Virus record (IMG/VR): IMGVR_UViG_3300018089_000001
Location: 96,001-160,000 of that record
Length of the DNA stretch: 64,000 nt
DNA from: a virus
Taxonomy: Duplodnaviria; Caudoviricetes
Reading direction: 5' to 3' (one strand)
The position numbers and the translations under genes were made by a program. Under the pieces are notes generated by a model. That model saw only the letters and a list, made by a program, of their open reading frames with translations. It had not been told where the DNA came from and made no database searches. Of this stretch, positions 39,980 to 49,800 are shown piece by piece (position 1 is the first letter of the stretch; each line of letters starts with the position of its first letter).

Positions 39980-41022
39980 TTCTTGCCCTCGCTGAAGAAA
40001 CGGTGGAATCGCTGGGCCTGGACCGCCCAGCTCTCGGTCAGGGCGAAGCTCCTGGCGTTGTGCCCGAAGTCCTCCCACTGCCCGGATGAGACCAGCCTAG
40101 ATATCGCCTCTGGCCACACCGAGGGGTCCGCGACGATGCCCGTGAGGCCGTCCTCGATCAGACGGGACGGGGACCCCATGCTCGGGGGGTACAGCACGAG
40201 GCTCCCGGCCGCCATCGCCTGCCGGTGGCACCGGGAGGACGGCTCCAGAAACGTCGAGGAGTACGGCAGGACCCCCGCCCCGTTGAAGAGGTCCCAGAGC
40301 AACGGGCCGTTCCGTAGCCCCGGCATGTGTCGGACCCCGGGATGGCTGAAGAACGGCTGGAAGCGCGTCACTGACTCGGGCCTGACGTAGTCCGGGTAGG
40401 TCACCGTAAGGTGAAACCGCTGATCCATCCGCCATAGGCGGAGGAAGGGGTTAATGAGTGCCTCGAGCCCCCTGCCTGGGTCGGAGGCCCACAGGAGGTG
40501 ATGGGGGTCCTTGGCCTTGGGGTGATACACCTCGGTGTCCACGCCGAGCGTGAGGCCCTCGTAGAGGCGTGACTCCGGTATGACTCCTCGCATCTCGCGG
40601 CCCAACTGCTCCCTGTGCCACGTCGGAAAGACGAGTATCCCGTCGAGCTGGCCGTCGAGGAAGGCCCTCGAGACGGGTCGCTTCCAATCATCGCCGTACG
40701 AGTGGTCCTGGGACAGGAGGACGTTCCTAGAGAGCGGATCGTAGAGCTCGTCAAACCACCGGCGCCAGTGGACGACAACGTCGTAGGAGTCCTTCACGAC
40801 GTCACGGTAACTCGCCTCCGTGATGCAGCGGATCGAACCACCTCCAAGCGCCGAAAAGTCCTCGGAGTACGCGATCGGCTCGGGATGGACAAGGTCCACG
40901 TCGATCCGAGCGTGACGGGCGTAGTACCAGGGAAGCTCGAGGTGGTACCGCACGAAGGTCGGCCAGTACCCTGCGGGCATGTCGGACGGGGAGCGCTTGA
41001 CTCCGACAAAGGCGACCCTCAT
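39976..41022 (-). CDS. Glycosyltransferase, GT-B fold (GT4-like)
   Basis: ASDPGRGL, YSSTFLEPS...QAMAAG. Confidence 0.8.
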   Translation of the reverse strand: MRVAFVGVKRSPSDMPAGYWPTFVRYHLELPWYYARHARIDVDLVHPEPIAYSEDFSALGGGSIRCITEASYRDVVKDSYDVVVHWRRWFDELYDPLSRNVLLSQDHSYGDDWKRPVSRAFLDGQLDGILVFPTWHREQLGREMRGVIPESRLYEGLTLGVDTEVYHPKAKDPHHLLWASDPGRGLEALINPFLRLWRMDQRFHLTVTYPDYVRPESVTRFQPFFSHPGVRHMPGLRNGPLLWDLFNGAGVLPYSSTFLEPSSRCHRQAMAAGSLVLYPPSMGSPSRLIEDGLTGIVADPSVWPEAISRLVSSGQWEDFGHNARSFALTESWAVQAQRFHRFFSEGKK

Positions 41023-41618
41023 CCCCAGAGGTCCCCCTTCTCAAACCTGCACTTCAGGCTCCAGTTTGCGGCCTGGTGCTCCTGCTCCTCGATGATGTCG
41101 AAGCGGAGGCCACAGGCAGCGGCCTGCTCGATCAGACTGGAGAACGTGAAGCAGACGTGGTGAAAGTTCCCCGGGTAGTCCTGCCCACCGAACATGCGCC
41201 GGACGGCGGCCTCGAGGACCTCCTCGTACGCCTGGCCGCAGTTACTGCACTGAGCGCTAGGCCTTCGATCGGAACCGTGGTCATCGATATATCCCTGCAT
41301 CCATTCCCCGCAGCGATTGCATTGGAACCTGCCGCGTCGGCAGATCACCGCCCCGAGAATCTCCGCGTCAGGGACCTGGATGACCAACTGGCCGCCGGGC
41401 CTAAGGATCCGGTAACACTCCATGAGGATAGCCGCGGTAGAGCCGTACGGAAAGTGCTCGAGGAAGTCCAACATCAGGACTTCCTCGACGCTCTCTGAAT
41501 CGAACGGCCACGGGAACTTCGACAGGTCAGTCACTCTGTCGACTCCAGGCAACTCTCGGGAGTCCACGTTGACGTATCCCGGCCTGACGTCGGTTCCGCA
41601 TCCAAGGTTGATCCTCAT
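41019..41618 (-). CDS. SAM-dependent methyltransferase with inserted zinc ribbon
   Basis: INLGCG, FLEH, RILRPGG; CNRCG...CSNCG insertion. Confidence 0.85.
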   Translation of the reverse strand: MRINLGCGTDVRPGYVNVDSRELPGVDRVTDLSKFPWPFDSESVEEVLMLDFLEHFPYGSTAAILMECYRILRPGGQLVIQVPDAEILGAVICRRGRFQCNRCGEWMQGYIDDHGSDRRPSAQCSNCGQAYEEVLEAAVRRMFGGQDYPGNFHHVCFTFSSLIEQAAACGLRFDIIEEQEHQAANWSLKCRFEKGDLWG

Positions 41619-41869
41619 TCCTCCGCCTCCTGCTTGAGGATCTCGGCCTTTCTCTCGGGACCACCGCGGTTATAGTTCCCGACGGAACCGTCGGAGCGCA
41701 CGACCCGGTGACAGGGGACCGTGGGATCGTAGTTGCGAGCCATAATCGATCCCACGGCCCGGACGGCGCCTTTCGAGACGCCAGTGGCCAGGGCGACCTG
41801 CGTGTAGGTCATGGTCTGCCCCCGGGGGATCTTCCGGACGACCTCGAGCACCCGTTCCTTGAATGTCAT
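41615..41869 (-). CDS. Minimal O6-alkylguanine-DNA alkyltransferase (MGMT/Ogt domain)
   Basis: IPRGQTMTY, RAVG and the active-site motif PCHRVV. Confidence 0.9.
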   Translation of the reverse strand: MTFKERVLEVVRKIPRGQTMTYTQVALATGVSKGAVRAVGSIMARNYDPTVPCHRVVRSDGSVGNYNRGGPERKAEILKQEAEE

Positions 41870-42783
41870 CGGTTCCTCTCGATGAAGTCGACAAGTTGCA
41901 CCGCCCGGTTATTGGGTCGATGTTTGTCCATGACGGCGTCGTACATCCACTTGCCGAGTTGCTCATGACGGGCCAGTGCGAACTCGATGCTCGGAACGAG
42001 CGTGTCCTCGGAGTGGAACGGAATGAACGGAATGTCCGTCCGGTCGCCTCCGTAGATGGAGTTCGAGACGAGGGCGGTGCGGGTCATCGCCACCTCGAAG
42101 TGACGGCACTGGAGCCCGTAGCCGCTCCCGAAGGGTTGGCCGACGTCGGTGGCATGGTTCAGGACGACCTTCGAGCGCTGGTAGATTTCGACCGTGTCGC
42201 CGTACAGCCCGTCCCTGCGCGCGTCGCCAGGGTAAATGCCGCCTGAATAGACGAACATCCACCCCCTCTGCCTGGCGGCCTCGGAGACGATCTCACACAT
42301 CCTTCGTCGCGAGGAGTGGGCCACCGGATCACCCACGCTCCCTATGAAAGACACGTCGATGTCCCGCGTGATCGGCTCGGGGGAGGGGCAGTAGAGCTCG
42401 TCGTCCGCGGTGAGCAGCAACGTCTCCGCCGCGCGGTAGCCCATTGACCTGGCGACGCCGGCACCGTGGTCATCGAAACTGAGCAGCAGGTCGGCGTACC
42501 TCCGCATGTCCAGCATCATCTGCCGGATGTGGGGGAAGCGGGCGTCGTCGGGCTGATAGACCACGACGGGTCCCTTGAGGCCTCCCAGGTGGTGCTCGCC
42601 TCCCACGCAACTCTTAAAGACGACGGTCACGTCCGCGTCAACTTCAAGGGCCGACCATTGGGCCGGGTGGTTGGGGTCGATCGTGTTGACCGAGTGGCCC
42701 ATCCGCTTCAACCCCTTCGCGAAGGCGATCTCCGTGCCGAAGGGGGCGTTGACGACGAACGGCCCGATGAGGTTCAGTTCCAT
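41866..42783 (-). CDS. Glycosyltransferase (CgeB/Glyco_trans_1_2-like)
   Basis: DVSFIGS, YQRSKVVLN, RHFEV. Confidence 0.8.
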   Translation of the reverse strand: MELNLIGPFVVNAPFGTEIAFAKGLKRMGHSVNTIDPNHPAQWSALEVDADVTVVFKSCVGGEHHLGGLKGPVVVYQPDDARFPHIRQMMLDMRRYADLLLSFDDHGAGVARSMGYRAAETLLLTADDELYCPSPEPITRDIDVSFIGSVGDPVAHSSRRRMCEIVSEAARQRGWMFVYSGGIYPGDARRDGLYGDTVEIYQRSKVVLNHATDVGQPFGSGYGLQCRHFEVAMTRTALVSNSIYGGDRTDIPFIPFHSEDTLVPSIEFALARHEQLGKWMYDAVMDKHRPNNRAVQLVDFIERNR

Positions 42784-42899
42784 AGGAAGCTCCCGGGGTC
42801 ATACCCCAAGGCGATCGCCGCCCATTTCGGAGGCAGGCGGCAGGTTATCGCGGCAAAGTGCGCCGCCCCTACCCAAGCCCACATCTCAAGCCACGTCAC
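42774..42899 (-). CDS. Small hydrophobic ORF (41 aa)
   Basis: Read by hand: MTWLEMWAWVGAAHFAAITCRLPPKWAAIALGYDPGSFLWN; overlaps both neighbours. Confidence 0.35.
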   Translation of the reverse strand: MTWLEMWAWVGAAHFAAITCRLPPKWAAIALGYDPGSFLWN

Positions 42900-43261
42900 G
42901 GCTCGATCCGATAGCTATCGGAGTCCTCGTGGTGGCTGCTGAACTCCACGAGCACCGCTGGTACGGTGAGCGCCGTAATGCGATGCGGGGTATTCGGAGG
43001 AATCACGATGGAGTCCCCCTGGTCAAGCACGTGAGTGAGGGAGGCCGCGTTGCCGGTGTCGACGATGGTGATGCCGAAGCGACCGGACTCGACGTACATC
43101 GTCTCATGCTTGACGGCGTGGAAGTGCAGGGACGTGGATCCGTTCAGAACCTCGAAATGCAACCGCTTGCCGCAGTAGAGGTGATTGTTGACGATCCACT
43201 CCTCCCAACCCCAGCGCTTGCTCGGACTGTGCCTGTCGAGCAGGGTCTCAACGCTTGCCAT
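42896..43261 (-). CDS. Cupin sugar isomerase-like protein
   Basis: KRWGWEEW...YCGK...SLHFHAVKHET...IPPNTPH...EFSS...DSYR. Confidence 0.8.
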   Translation of the reverse strand: MASVETLLDRHSPSKRWGWEEWIVNNHLYCGKRLHFEVLNGSTSLHFHAVKHETMYVESGRFGITIVDTGNAASLTHVLDQGDSIVIPPNTPHRITALTVPAVLVEFSSHHEDSDSYRIEP

Positions 43262-44180
43262 AGATCTCCTCGATCCCTTCGCGGGTCGACGGGGAGCCGA
43301 GTCCGCAGTTCCTCGCCTTGATCCCGGCGCAGGTGTAGTCCTGGTACCTCCCGACGACGCTCGGGGGGATCTGCACCTCGAGCACGTGGGTCCGCAGGTT
43401 ATTCGTCGCCTGCATGATGTAGTTGTCGAGGTCCCTGAAGGTCGTGGCGAAACCGGTCCCGAGGTCCTCGATCTCCCGGTGCGTCGGCTCGTCGTGGTCC
43501 CTCGTGAGCATCTCGGCGTAGGCCACGACCTTCTCGGCCACCGTCGTCACGGGGACGAAGTCGCGGGCCGCGTCGAGGCTGTGGACGTCGATCAGGGTCC
43601 CCTTCCGGTACGCCTGCGCGATCTTGAAGGGCATGGAGGCCATGGCCCCCTTGTGGTCCTCGTTGGCCCCGAATACGTTGAAGAAGCGCAGGATCGCGAG
43701 CTCCCCCCGGGACTCCATCAGCGCCCGCTCGGCGAGCGCCTTCGACAGTCCGTACGGGTTGTTCGGGAACCCGCGCGCCCCGTACACCGCGGCGCTCGAG
43801 GCGAAGACAATGCCAGGAACGAGTGAAGTCGGGTTGCGGTTGCAGGCCTCGACGAGGCGCCGCGTGTAGTCCACGTTCCGGTAGAACAGGTCGCCGCTCT
43901 GGCCCATGTCAGTCGTATCGACCACCGCGCCGAGGTGCACGATCGCGTCGGGCCGGTAACCCTCCCCCAGCCACTTGAGGAACTCCTCGGGACGCAGGAC
44001 GCGCTCAGCCCGCGAGAACGTCCTGTAGACTGAGGGGAGGATCGAGGCGTGCATCTCCTCGAACCTCGACACCTGCGCGTCCCAGAAGTCCACGAGAACG
44101 GGCGCGTGCCCCCGATCGATCAGCCGGGAGGCGACCTCCTGCCCGATGAAACCGGCAGCTCCAGTCACGACGATCACCAT
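43248..44180 (-). CDS. hldD: ADP-L-glycero-D-manno-heptose 6-epimerase
   Basis: VVTGAAGFIG, HLGA..DTT, ASSAAVYG, YGLSK, RFFNVFG.NEDHKGAMAS, RDFV, YQDYTCA. Confidence 0.85.
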   Translation of the reverse strand: MVIVVTGAAGFIGQEVASRLIDRGHAPVLVDFWDAQVSRFEEMHASILPSVYRTFSRAERVLRPEEFLKWLGEGYRPDAIVHLGAVVDTTDMGQSGDLFYRNVDYTRRLVEACNRNPTSLVPGIVFASSAAVYGARGFPNNPYGLSKALAERALMESRGELAILRFFNVFGANEDHKGAMASMPFKIAQAYRKGTLIDVHSLDAARDFVPVTTVAEKVVAYAEMLTRDHDEPTHREIEDLGTGFATTFRDLDNYIMQATNNLRTHVLEVQIPPSVVGRYQDYTCAGIKARNCGLGSPSTREGIEEIYGKR

Positions 44181-44183
44181 GCC

Positions 44184-45071
44184 TCACCCCCACACGAACT
44201 TCGCGAAGTCATCCGCCACCGCCTCGGGCTCACGCTGGTCCCTGAAGAACTCATGGACCATCCACCTGGAACACCACGGGCGGTTCTTCGTGGCGACGTT
44301 CTCGTAGGCCATCAGGCCGAAAGTCGGTCGATCGAGCGAGGCCGCGACGTGCATCATGCCGGTGTCGTTCCCGAAGTACGACCCGCAGCGGGCGACCTCC
44401 AGGAAGGCCGATGAGATGTTCGCCGTCACCGGTCCCAGGTCACCCACCTCACGGGAGATGGGGATGATGGTCTGGGCCAGGTCGGCGGCGTTGCCGGTGG
44501 CTCGAAACCGAGCGGTCGGCCGCAACTCACGACACCGCCTGATGAAGCGAACGTACCGATCGTTACCCCAATGCTTCGTGCTCCAGAAGCTGGCCGCGTC
44601 GCGCTTGAAGCCCAGTCCGAGGTACACCAGGTCGGGATCGACGTCGGGCCTCGTCGAGATGAACGACAGCGCGGGAGTCTCGCCCGAGAACCCGAGCTGC
44701 CTGGCATCGTCCATCTGGTACTCCACCTCGTGCTTCAGCCACGAGGAGAAGCCGAGGACCGGCGAGAAATCGGGACGCGGACGACAGTCGATGACCGCGT
44801 CCGCGTCGAAATGGGTGCCGTTGGTCCAGCGGCCATCGAAGGGGATGGCCATGACCGCGACGTCGTACCGCTGCCCGCCCGCGTTAGCGAGGTGCAGCTT
44901 CTCGATGAAGCCCCCGCGCTGCAGCTCGAGGAACACGTCGATGGCCCCGGCGTCGTCCGGGCCGTGCCCGGCGAGGACGTCCACGGTGCCAAGCGTCCCG
45001 AGGGCCTTGATCATCGGGACGCTCATCACGGCATTGCCGATCCCGAAGGTCTTTCCGACGAGGACGCGCAT
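44184..45071 (-). CDS. GT9 glycosyltransferase (heptosyltransferase-like)
   Basis: GIGNAVMSVP, KHW, GNDTGMMHVAASL. Confidence 0.85.
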   Translation of the reverse strand: MRVLVGKTFGIGNAVMSVPMIKALGTLGTVDVLAGHGPDDAGAIDVFLELQRGGFIEKLHLANAGGQRYDVAVMAIPFDGRWTNGTHFDADAVIDCRPRPDFSPVLGFSSWLKHEVEYQMDDARQLGFSGETPALSFISTRPDVDPDLVYLGLGFKRDAASFWSTKHWGNDRYVRFIRRCRELRPTARFRATGNAADLAQTIIPISREVGDLGPVTANISSAFLEVARCGSYFGNDTGMMHVAASLDRPTFGLMAYENVATKNRPWCSRWMVHEFFRDQREPEAVADDFAKFVWG

Positions 45072-45784
45072 CAGGGCTTCTGGCAGCTGAAGACGAGGTC
45101 CGGGACCGACATCTGCACCGCGGGGACCAGCGACACTCCGATCCACAGAGGAGGCGGCGGGTCGAACCGCAGTCCGTCGGTGTGCATCCGCATGTCCGCG
45201 AAGCCCGCGTTGGCGAAGATCTGCCGCATGTCGTGGAGGTTGTAGAACGCCACGTGCCCCCCGTGGTACACCTCGGTGTCACCCGAGGTGTGCGGGAAGA
45301 CGCCGTTGACCACGAGGCTCTGGAGGTGCCGCCAGTACTGAATGTTCGGTGTGTTAATCAACACCCGACCACCGGGTCTGAGGACCCGATGACACTCCCT
45401 CGCGAATTTCTCCGGATCAAGGACATGCTCGATGAAGTCGAGCGCCGTGATGAGGTCCGCCGAGCCCTGTTCGAACATGGAGAGGCCGATGGCGTCGACG
45501 TTAGCCAGGACGAAGCCACTGCCTTTTGCCAAAGCGGGAGCCCGACAGGCCTCAGCGATCTCAACAACGTATCGATGCGGAAACAGGTCGCGCAGGGAGT
45601 ATCCGAGGTTTCCAGTGGCGCCGCCCACATCGACCAACACCCCCGATGTAGGAAAGCCTCCAGCGCGGATCAAAGCGGCAGCCCGATCGATGCGGCCGTT
45701 CCCTCCGGAGTACGGAGCAGTCGCTGACTCCTCACCTTTCCGCGCAGCGAGATCGTCGTAGAGTTTCTTGAACGCATCAGGCAT
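45071..45784 (-). CDS. SAM-dependent methyltransferase
   Basis: VDVGGATG, DFIEHV, RVLRPGG, TPN. Confidence 0.85.
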   Translation of the reverse strand: MPDAFKKLYDDLAARKGEESATAPYSGGNGRIDRAAALIRAGGFPTSGVLVDVGGATGNLGYSLRDLFPHRYVVEIAEACRAPALAKGSGFVLANVDAIGLSMFEQGSADLITALDFIEHVLDPEKFARECHRVLRPGGRVLINTPNIQYWRHLQSLVVNGVFPHTSGDTEVYHGGHVAFYNLHDMRQIFANAGFADMRMHTDGLRFDPPPPLWIGVSLVPAVQMSVPDLVFSCQKP

Positions 45785-46838
45785 CTTTTAGCCATTCTAC
45801 CACATCACGCCAGCGGGCCTTCACGGAGAGGTCGTCCAAGGCACGGCGGTGGCCCTGTTCAGCGATCTTTTCCCTATGAACGGGGCCGCTGTGCCTCGTG
45901 TCATAGGGAGAGATTCCGAGGAACCAGCGTATCTGGTTCTCCAACTGGTTCTCAGAACTGAAGTATGCGCAGTGAACGAGGCCCTGAAAGTCCTCACGCA
46001 TGCCCGGATCGTCGATCTCCTGCGAGAGCATGAATGAGCCGACGTAGGGGATCTCGTAGGCCCGCATCGTCTTGCCACGGTCGGCTGCACCACGGAGGTT
46101 CAGGGCGATCCGCGACCTCTGGATGACGTCGAAGTACTGGGCCTTCGGGACGAAGTTCCCGAACGAGTCCGGCTCAGTCTCGAGAACCAGATGCAGGCGT
46201 AGATCCGGGAAGGCGCGTCGAATGAACTCGACGTACCGCTGCCTGTCCGGATGGCTGTTGTACCCGATGAAGGACACGTCGATGTCCTTCGCGGGGGGCT
46301 CCGCGGGCCTCGTCCAGTAGTGATCGAAATTGCACGACCACCCGATCCGGCGGGCCTTGAAGGGTAGGGTCGCGTAGCCGGGATACCAGTTGTCGAGCAG
46401 CATCGCCTGCAGCCTGTCCCCGTACAGGGAGGCCACGAACTCCGGGGAGTGGTTCCAGAAGCGGTCGTGGCCCGCCACGACGACGACGCGGGCGTCCGTC
46501 GTATGGAGGCCGAGTATCCGGTACCTCTGGAAGCTCTCCATCCGCTCGTCGAGCCAGATGCGGGTGATGGGAGCGACATCGATCGGGCGCACCCTCTTTC
46601 CACCGACCGTCAGGCCGCGATCGTCGGGGATCGACCGCACGAAGCCGAGGGTCCTCCGTTCGAGGCCCCAGTCGGGTTGCCTCGTCCCGTTCAGGACGTC
46701 CCACCACTCCCGGTGCTTCTCCTTGTACGGCACGTCGACCAGGTTGACGCCGTTGGCGAGCAGCCCAGCGCGGCACAGGTCGAGTGACCAGTCTCCCCCG
46801 TCACGCAGGTCGATCAGGAACTCCAACCCGTCAGGCAT
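45777..46838 (-). CDS. Glycosyltransferase (CgeB-like)
   Basis: DIDVSFIG, RSRIALN, RAYEI. Confidence 0.78.
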   Translation of the reverse strand: MPDGLEFLIDLRDGGDWSLDLCRAGLLANGVNLVDVPYKEKHREWWDVLNGTRQPDWGLERRTLGFVRSIPDDRGLTVGGKRVRPIDVAPITRIWLDERMESFQRYRILGLHTTDARVVVVAGHDRFWNHSPEFVASLYGDRLQAMLLDNWYPGYATLPFKARRIGWSCNFDHYWTRPAEPPAKDIDVSFIGYNSHPDRQRYVEFIRRAFPDLRLHLVLETEPDSFGNFVPKAQYFDVIQRSRIALNLRGAADRGKTMRAYEIPYVGSFMLSQEIDDPGMREDFQGLVHCAYFSSENQLENQIRWFLGISPYDTRHSGPVHREKIAEQGHRRALDDLSVKARWRDVVEWLKDA

Positions 46839-47505
46839 CGAAGTCCTCGAAGTACCGCGACGGGATCTGGGACAGGAACGTCCGCATGTGGTGTAGGCCG
46901 ATGTTCGTCTCCCACGTCCAGTGGAGGGTCAGGACGACGTCGTGGCCCCGGTCGCTCTTCTCCATCATCCGGAGGTGCGACTCGCGCGTGAGCAGCTCGT
47001 CGCAGCGGCCGTACTCGTGCGGGGCGACGCTGTGGACACACATGCCGCCGAAGAAGTCCCGGACGTCCGTGTCCGTCTCCGGGCCCGAGGTGAACCACCG
47101 GAAGCCGACCTCGTCGAGAAGACTCGCGGTCCGCCAGTCGATGACGTTCCGCGGGGGCATGTAGATCCTGACGGGCCTGTTGACCACGGCCTCCAGAGCG
47201 AGGCGATGGTCCTCGAGCTGGCCGGCGACCTGCCTCGTCGAGAGGTACGGCTCGAACTGGTTCCCGCCGCTCCTGTCCAGCCGCGCCTCGTCGTGGTCCG
47301 TGCCGTGCATGCCGATGACACAGTCAGTCTCCCTCTGCAGGGCCAGCAGGTCCTCCGCCGTGCACCTTCCGGGGATGACCCCAAGGAGATACCTCTTCCC
47401 GCCGATGAGCGCGCTCAGCTCACGGTGGAACTCACGGAAGGCCGCCAGCGTGTGCTGCGGCTCCCCCCTCGTCTGGGGAAAGTCGTCCACTCGTACTCTG
47501 ATCAT
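46831..47505 (-). CDS. Polysaccharide deacetylase-like protein
   Basis: RVDD, GVIP, MHGTDH, YMPPRN, LTLH. Confidence 0.75.
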   Translation of the reverse strand: MIRVRVDDFPQTRGEPQHTLAAFREFHRELSALIGGKRYLLGVIPGRCTAEDLLALQRETDCVIGMHGTDHDEARLDRSGGNQFEPYLSTRQVAGQLEDHRLALEAVVNRPVRIYMPPRNVIDWRTASLLDEVGFRWFTSGPETDTDVRDFFGGMCVHSVAPHEYGRCDELLTRESHLRMMEKSDRGHDVVLTLHWTWETNIGLHHMRTFLSQIPSRYFEDFDA

Positions 47506-48118
47506 GCGGTTTCCTCAGGATGATCTCGATGGCGTACTCCCCCACGGGATGCACGTCCTCGGGAAGGGTGTAGTCGTAGCCGGCGTCGATGACCCGGAAG
47601 TCCATCACGTCGACGTTCCCCAGGGCGTTGGCGCACTCGCCGACCAACGAGAGCGTGTGGGGATCCTCGTACCTGTCGGGCAGCCAGAAGCTGAGGTGCC
47701 CGCCGCCTCCCTCGCGGTCATGGGGGTTCCAGCGACTGGGATGGGTCCTCCTCTTCTCGTAGAGGTCCCGATGGGGGACCGCGACGATGAGGTTGCCGCC
47801 GGGCTGGAGCACCCTCCACCAGTTGCGAAGAGCCGCCCGAGGATCGGGGAGGTGTTCGAGGATGTGGGAGGCGTAGACGGTGGCGAAGGAGCCGTCGGGG
47901 ATTCCCGCAAGGGTCTGGGCGTCCCGCGGTCCCGGGCTATTCACGCAGGTCAATTGACTCTCACTCTCGACGTAGGTCCACTGGTAATCCCAGTGGACCG
48001 TCCCCAACAGCGGAAGCGGGTCGACGCCGGATCCGATGTCCAACACCGGTAGTCGGACGAACCGCTGATACCACTGTTCCTGCATCCTTCGCGGATGCGC
48101 CTTGCTGGTCTCAGCCAT
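47432..48118 (-). CDS. SAM-dependent methyltransferase
   Basis: LDIGSG, ASHILEH, RVLQPGG. Confidence 0.82.
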   Translation of the reverse strand: MAETSKAHPRRMQEQWYQRFVRLPVLDIGSGVDPLPLLGTVHWDYQWTYVESESQLTCVNSPGPRDAQTLAGIPDGSFATVYASHILEHLPDPRAALRNWWRVLQPGGNLIVAVPHRDLYEKRRTHPSRWNPHDREGGGGHLSFWLPDRYEDPHTLSLVGECANALGNVDVMDFRVIDAGYDYTLPEDVHPVGEYAIEIILRKPHDQSTSGRLSPDEGGAAAHAGGLP

Positions 48119-48779
48119 TGAGGACCCTCTCCATCGCGGGCAGGACGACCTCCCCGTAGATCGCCTCGGGGCGCAGGTGGACGCCGTCATCGGAGACGAA
48201 CCGCGCGGCGTCGGGCGGGCAGATCACATGGACCCTACTCGATCCCACGATGAGCATCTCGGGCAAGACGGCCGTCAGGAACCTCCTGAGCGTCTCCATG
48301 CGACCGAAGGCCAGGTTCCCGCAAGGGGCGTTGAAGTGCGCCGGCGTCTCCCCACCGAGGGGATAGTGGAAGCCGAAGTACACGAAGACGTTCCCCTTGA
48401 CCCTTCCGGTGGCGAGCAGGTCCTCGTCTATGAACGACCGGTATCGCGTCACCAGCTCGAACGCCTTGGCCGCCATGAGCGTGTTATCGGGACGGAAGTA
48501 CCGACGGTTATGGTACCGCATGTCGACCTCTCCGAAGACGAGGCCGACGTTCTGGACGCCGCCCTTGTCATCCAGGGTCGCAAGGACGTGCTTCCGGGCA
48601 CCCCTCTCCGAGTCTTCATGCAGGAGACCCCACATGGTGGCTCCCGAGAGCTCGCTGCCGGTCGTGTCCAGGGTCACGATCCCACGCTCCTCATGGAACA
48701 CGCCGGGCTCCCCGGTGTTCAGGAACGGAAAGAAGACCCGCCAGTGTGAGTCCCCGAAGACATACACCTCATGCGACAC
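48111..48779 (-). CDS. SGNH hydrolase/acyltransferase-like protein
   Basis: VFGDSH, GAT, FGEVD, DGVH. Confidence 0.75.
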   Translation of the reverse strand: MSHEVYVFGDSHWRVFFPFLNTGEPGVFHEERGIVTLDTTGSELSGATMWGLLHEDSERGARKHVLATLDDKGGVQNVGLVFGEVDMRYHNRRYFRPDNTLMAAKAFELVTRYRSFIDEDLLATGRVKGNVFVYFGFHYPLGGETPAHFNAPCGNLAFGRMETLRRFLTAVLPEMLIVGSSRVHVICPPDAARFVSDDGVHLRPEAIYGEVVLPAMERVLNG

Positions 48780-49800
48780 GCTCGATCTCCTCGACGTAGG
48801 AGCGCCACTCAGAGCAAAATCGTTCCGATGATAGATCACGCTCAACAAGCATCCGGGAGTTCGACGAAAACCTATCATGAAGAAATTCGTCAGCGAGACA
48901 TGCGCGAACTTTCTCTAGGGTGACCCCCGGCTTCCTTTCCTTCCGATCAATGACTGTTCCTAGCCATGGAACAGACCAAAGATAGCCCACGTCGTATCCA
49001 ACAACTGGAACTCCGCAAGCCAATCCCTCAGCCACAAACATGCTGTTGCCCTCAAATGCTGAGGGATGGACAATGAGGTTCGCCTGGGATAGGACTTCCG
49101 GTTTCGTCCAGAGTCGATCGGAGAAAAGTTGGAACATCCCATAGGCTTCGTCGAGGCTCAGCACGTCGGCGTCGAGTTCCCTCTGGAGGAGCTCAATGTG
49201 GTCCCACCCCTTGTTCAGGTTCGATCGGTCGTTGACCCCATGGAGGATGAGCGGGCGGTGTAGATACGAACACACATACTCACGCGGTCGATAGAGCGTC
49301 GTGTCCACGCCGTTGTTGATCACGCGATTGACCGCGAAGCCCCACTGCAGACGCATCTGCTCGGCGATGAAGTCTGAGACTGCCGTGATCCGCTTCCCGA
49401 GTTTAGTCCACCGCCGCCTGAACGACACCTGGGCCGCGTGGTGCAACGGCATGTCGGGTTCCCTACCCGCCAGGACGTCCTCATGAGTCAAATGCGACCA
49501 GATGCCGTGGCTGTGACTGATCGCGAACGGGAGGGCGTCGAGGCCGTCGGCCCAGAACCCGTCGGCCACGACCACGTCGTCCAGGCGGACCTTCCGCGAC
49601 GCGAGCAGGTACTGGTTCAGGACCCGCGCCTTCTGCCATTCGGACAGCAGGGCGTCCGAGCCCGCGTCGTGTGGGCAGTCGTCCCAGCAGAAGTGCCGGC
49701 ACTCGCGCTCGGGAAACGAGGCATGGAGGTCCCGATTGAACTTCGGGACCCCGCCGCCGGCGTCGAGACCGGTGTATGAGACCGTGACGAGGCGACGCAT
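48769..49800 (-). CDS. Glycosyltransferase GT4
   Basis: GGV, AVSDF, NGVD, KGWD, PSAFEG...EGLACGVPVV. Confidence 0.88.
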   Translation of the reverse strand: MRRLVTVSYTGLDAGGGVPKFNRDLHASFPERECRHFCWDDCPHDAGSDALLSEWQKARVLNQYLLASRKVRLDDVVVADGFWADGLDALPFAISHSHGIWSHLTHEDVLAGREPDMPLHHAAQVSFRRRWTKLGKRITAVSDFIAEQMRLQWGFAVNRVINNGVDTTLYRPREYVCSYLHRPLILHGVNDRSNLNKGWDHIELLQRELDADVLSLDEAYGMFQLFSDRLWTKPEVLSQANLIVHPSAFEGNSMFVAEGLACGVPVVGYDVGYLWSVPWLGTVIDRKERKPGVTLEKVRACLADEFLHDRFSSNSRMLVERDLSSERFCSEWRSYVEEIERVA

